Assembly: GCA_038889075.1 (NCBI GenBank)
Contig: JAWAHS010000005.1
Coordinates: forward strand, 14,018-78,017
Direction of reading: 5' to 3'
DNA: 64,000 nucleotides
Origin: Ignisphaera sp.
Lineage (GTDB): Archaea > Thermoproteota > Thermoprotei_A > Sulfolobales > Ignisphaeraceae
Part shown: piece by piece, positions 61,351-64,000 of the stretch
How positions within the stretch are numbered: the stretch's first letter is position 1
Layout of the letters: every line of letters begins with the position of its first letter
The notes under the pieces: model-generated
Told to the model about the DNA's origin: nothing
Databases searched by the model: none
Seen by the model: only the letters and a program-made list of their open reading frames with translations
Program-made: the position numbers and the translations under genes

Positions 61351-62892
61351 GTGTCAAATAGACAGGCAGTACTTGCTGAAAGAATTGTAAAGAAATTCCC
61401 AGGTGTTGTTGCTGTAAATGATGTTACATTTGAACTAAGATATGGTGAAATCCATGGCTTGCTAGGCCAAAATGGAGCAGGTAAGTCAACTCTCCTCAGA
61501 GTTATATACGGTGTCTATAGGCCTGACCAAGGCAGTATATACATTAATGGAAGGAAAGTGTTTTTGAAAAGTCCGAGGGATGCCCGTAACCACGGTATAG
61601 CACTGGTACATCAAGAGATTACGGTGATACCAAGCCTAACAGTTTTGGAGAACATTGCCCTACTAGGATTTTCATGGAACTCGCTAGCTTCAAAATTCGA
61701 CTATACCAGCTTTAAGGAGTATATAGATAGGATTATGGCTAGATTTGATATAGGGTTGAATATGAATGAAAGAGTGAGACATCTTAGTGCTGCTGAGAGG
61801 ATGCTTCTCCAAGTTATAGCTGCATTAAGTATCAATGCAAAAATACTGCTACTAGATGAACCGACAAGCCCACTATCACTACACGAAATTGAAAGACTCT
61901 TTAATGTTTTAAATCAGCTGAAGAAAGAAGGTCTTGCTATAGCTTTTGTAACACATAGAGTGAATGAGGCTATTGATATATGTGACAGGATAACTATTCT
62001 TAGAAATGGTGAGAAGATAGATACCGTTGAAAGCAGATCTATTGATGTCCACAGCTTAATAAAGTTGATGTTAGGTAGAGAGCCCGAGGAGCTATACAGA
62101 GTTAGAGATGAAAAGAGCTTCGATTTCTTGCTAGGTAAGTATGCAGCTGAAAAACCGCTTATTGAATTGAGGGGCGTATATACACAGCCTCAGATAGCTG
62201 CCGAAATCCCCCTAAAAAACATCAATATTAAAGTATATCAAGGTGAAGTTGTTGCTATATTCGGCTTTATTGGTGCGGGCAAAACTGAAATAGGAAAGAC
62301 ATTAATGGGACTAACAAAAATTGTCAAGGGAGATATCCTGTATATGGGTAGAGGTATTAAGATAAAGAGCCCTGTGGATGCGATAAATCATGGCATTTTC
62401 TATCTTCCTGAGGACAGAAAGGTTGAGGGTTTGATACCCCACTTTACTGTCGCCTCAAATATGGATATATCATCGCTGGATATCATAAAGAGATTTGCAA
62501 TATTCATCGATGAGAAAAGAGAACTGCAAGTAGCATATGATATGGTTAAAAAGCTAAATATTGTAACACCATCACCTTATGCTAAGATAATCCAGTTGAG
62601 CGGTGGCAATCAGCAAAAGGTTCTTGTTGCAAGAGCCATGCTCACAAACGCAAAGCTTGTAATATTTGATGAACCTACAGTTGGTATAGACATTGGCGCT
62701 AAGGCAGAAATTAGAAGACTCATATTTAGGTACTCTAGAGAGAGAGGAACCTCATCTCTCATACTGACAAGCGATGTCGATGAGGCTATAGGCTTAGCCG
62801 ATAGAATATATGTTATAAGAGATGGTGAAATTATTCGTGAGTACTACAACAAAAAATTAGATAGAGACGAAATACTTAAAAACTTAGCATAG
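61351..62892 (+). CDS. monosaccharide (CUT2) ABC transporter ATPase, RbsA-like
   Basis: Tandem NBDs; GQNGAGKS, 'PEDRK', LSGGNQQK, 'DEPTVGID'. Confidence 0.93.
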   Translation: MSNRQAVLAERIVKKFPGVVAVNDVTFELRYGEIHGLLGQNGAGKSTLLRVIYGVYRPDQGSIYINGRKVFLKSPRDARNHGIALVHQEITVIPSLTVLENIALLGFSWNSLASKFDYTSFKEYIDRIMARFDIGLNMNERVRHLSAAERMLLQVIAALSINAKILLLDEPTSPLSLHEIERLFNVLNQLKKEGLAIAFVTHRVNEAIDICDRITILRNGEKIDTVESRSIDVHSLIKLMLGREPEELYRVRDEKSFDFLLGKYAAEKPLIELRGVYTQPQIAAEIPLKNINIKVYQGEVVAIFGFIGAGKTEIGKTLMGLTKIVKGDILYMGRGIKIKSPVDAINHGIFYLPEDRKVEGLIPHFTVASNMDISSLDIIKRFAIFIDEKRELQVAYDMVKKLNIVTPSPYAKIIQLSGGNQQKVLVARAMLTNAKLVIFDEPTVGIDIGAKAEIRRLIFRYSRERGTSSLILTSDVDEAIGLADRIYVIRDGEIIREYYNKKLDRDEILKNLA

Positions 62893-62914
62893 TATAAAAA
62901 CATGGTGAAGTCTC

Positions 62915-63895
62915 ATGACTTCAAGAGAGCTTAACAGCGTTATTGCGAGATTTAAACACCTCTACTCATCCTATGAGTTGTCCAGGGCTCTCATACCATT
63001 GATTCTCCTACTCATAGCATCTATAGGCATGTCACCACAGTATTTCTTAAACCCTATGAATATTAAAGTTGTATTGATGCAGATAACACCACTAGCCCTT
63101 ATAGCAACAGGCGAAATGTTGATAATTCTGATGGGGAGTATTGACTTAAGCCCCGGCTCAGCACAAGCTGCAACTGCAATGATTGCTGCTATAATAACGA
63201 GGGCTACTGATAATATTTTGCTTGCCATGCTAGCTGCAATTGCACTCGGTACTACAATTGGCGTCATTAACGGTATTCTGGTTGCCAAGCTAAAGATATA
63301 CTCATTTGTTGCAACACTTGCCGCACTGGTCATATGGAGATCATTTGTTATAGTGGTATCTGGAGGTAGGCTGATCTATGGCCTTACGCAGTATTCGGTA
63401 TTTACACAGGATTTTGGAACATATATACCCATAGGATTTCTCCTTGCAGTACTCATTATAATACTGATCTATGTGTTACTAATAAAGACAGTATTTGGTA
63501 GATATATCTATGGTCTGGGGAGCAATGAGGAGGCTGTAAGACTAGCGGGTGTGAGAGCTGACTTAGCAAAATTTCTCGCTTTTACAATAGCGGGTGCACT
63601 ATACGGTTTAGGTGGCGTTATGCTTATAGCTATGGGGGGATTCGCTGTAGATCCATGGAGCGCAAGAGGAAATGAGCTCAACGCTATAGCGTCGTGTGTT
63701 CTGGGGGGAATTATGCTGACCGGTGGAAGTGGTCATCCACTTGGAAGTCTGCTTGGAGCATCTATGCTAACAATACTCACAAACATTCTGGTACTACTAG
63801 GTGTTACTGAAATTGCTGTTCAGCAGACTGTGGTAGGGATAGTGCTTATAGGTGCTGCAACAGCATTGACGAGAGGTCTAAGATATGTTAAGTAG
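62915..63895 (+). CDS. monosaccharide ABC transporter permease, RbsC-like
   Basis: 'IDLS', 'FVATLA', 'GRYIYGLGSNEEAVRLAG', 'ELNAIASCVLGG'. Confidence 0.92.
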   Translation: MTSRELNSVIARFKHLYSSYELSRALIPLILLLIASIGMSPQYFLNPMNIKVVLMQITPLALIATGEMLIILMGSIDLSPGSAQAATAMIAAIITRATDNILLAMLAAIALGTTIGVINGILVAKLKIYSFVATLAALVIWRSFVIVVSGGRLIYGLTQYSVFTQDFGTYIPIGFLLAVLIIILIYVLLIKTVFGRYIYGLGSNEEAVRLAGVRADLAKFLAFTIAGALYGLGGVMLIAMGGFAVDPWSARGNELNAIASCVLGGIMLTGGSGHPLGSLLGASMLTILTNILVLLGVTEIAVQQTVVGIVLIGAATALTRGLRYVK

Positions 63896-64000
63896 CTAAT
63901 AACACCAGCAGTATACCACTCTATAGAGCATGTCCAAAAATGTTGTTATACCTCTCTATACTTTTGAGGATGCACTATACCGTTTAGTAAAGCTTAAATT

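Noticed and set aside
215-63333. Numerous short ORFs antisense to or nested within the long genes
   Set aside because: Shadow ORFs of well-supported CDSs with no independent motifs.

Overview
AT-rich archaeal DNA. Gene content, GGTG-type ribosome sites and a CCA-less tRNA suggest a hyperthermophilic crenarchaeote, probably Desulfurococcales (inference). From left to right: (1) a restriction-like defence operon (DUF1156-type adenine methylase, DUF499 ATPase, small protein, SNF2 helicase-DUF3883 nuclease) with an added beta-CASP metallo-beta-lactamase; (2) a ~7.8 kb decayed island bounded by tRNA-Arg(CCG) and a 41-bp copy of its 3' half, carrying two P-type ATPases; (3) an IS607 element whose tnpA is split by a 1309-bp nested element. 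The nested element encodes a zinc-finger-less TnpB, and its structured omega-like RNA appears to lie upstream on the opposite strand, which would give it a guide against the intact tnpA it sits in. This is the most unusual feature in the window. (4) A PHP / KARI-like / FGGY kinase trio, a tungstate ABC transporter, a corrinoid protein + UroD-fold + MFS operon, and redox/stress genes; (5) a sugar catabolism cluster (GH5, three FGGY kinases, LarA-family protein, atypical transaldolase, ribose-type ABC transporter). No CRISPR array or rRNA was seen. All calls come from reading motifs by eye; no database searches were run.
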